64,000 bases of DNA from Eledone cirrhosa (taxonomy: Eukaryota), in contig OZ024741.1 of NCBI GenBank assembly GCA_964016885.1, positions 236,282,001 through 236,346,000 of the forward strand, read 5' to 3'. The notes beneath the pieces are model-generated. The model saw only the letters and a list, made by a program, of their open reading frames with translations, was not told where the DNA came from and made no database searches. Of the stretch, positions 63,801 to 64,000 are shown one piece after another; positions within the stretch are counted from its first letter, which is position 1, and the number at the start of each line of letters is the position of its first letter. A program made the translations under genes and the position numbers.

Positions 63801-64000
63801 TAATAACCTTACAGAGCAAATTTTACATTGAAAAAAAAAAAAAGACCAAAGATTGTTAATTATATCGTATTTGAATTAACGTACATTTTTTCCACATCTT
63901 ACACAGACATATAATCACTTATTAGTTAATTAATTATATGAACAAAAAATTGGGTTCATCAGAATTAATAAAAAGAATACAAGAAACATTTTACCTCCTC

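Overview
This is an AT-rich, microsatellite-dense animal genomic window. The repeat landscape and a long single-exon C2H2 zinc-finger gene suggest a coleoid cephalopod such as Octopus (inference). There is one convincing host gene: a ~1114-aa C2H2 zinc-finger protein at 42141-45485 (+), with 18 intact fingers and a Q29 tract. Its N-terminal half looks like an array of former zinc fingers whose Cys ligands have mostly become Ser. The rest is mobile DNA: Penelope-like elements (one Naiad-like, three Hydra-like remnants), RTE LINEs including a ~2.1-kb inverted pair, a Tx1/L1-clade 3' end, several tRNA-SINE families, Helitron-like, mariner and MITE remnants, a 77-bp satellite and a ~30-bp minisatellite. 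Unexpected structure: (1) about 13 short fold-back insertions beside (TA)n/(CA)n tracts in the first 24 kb, several carrying hammerhead-ribozyme cores, including a 191-bp-arm palindrome; (2) a head-to-tail array of internally deleted RTE derivatives with a structured 5' end, sitting in (TACA)n; (3) a CpG-decayed domain (~33.7-51 kb) around the gene. Most ORFs in the supplied track are microsatellite or antisense artefacts. All alignments and folds were done by eye and no database search was run.
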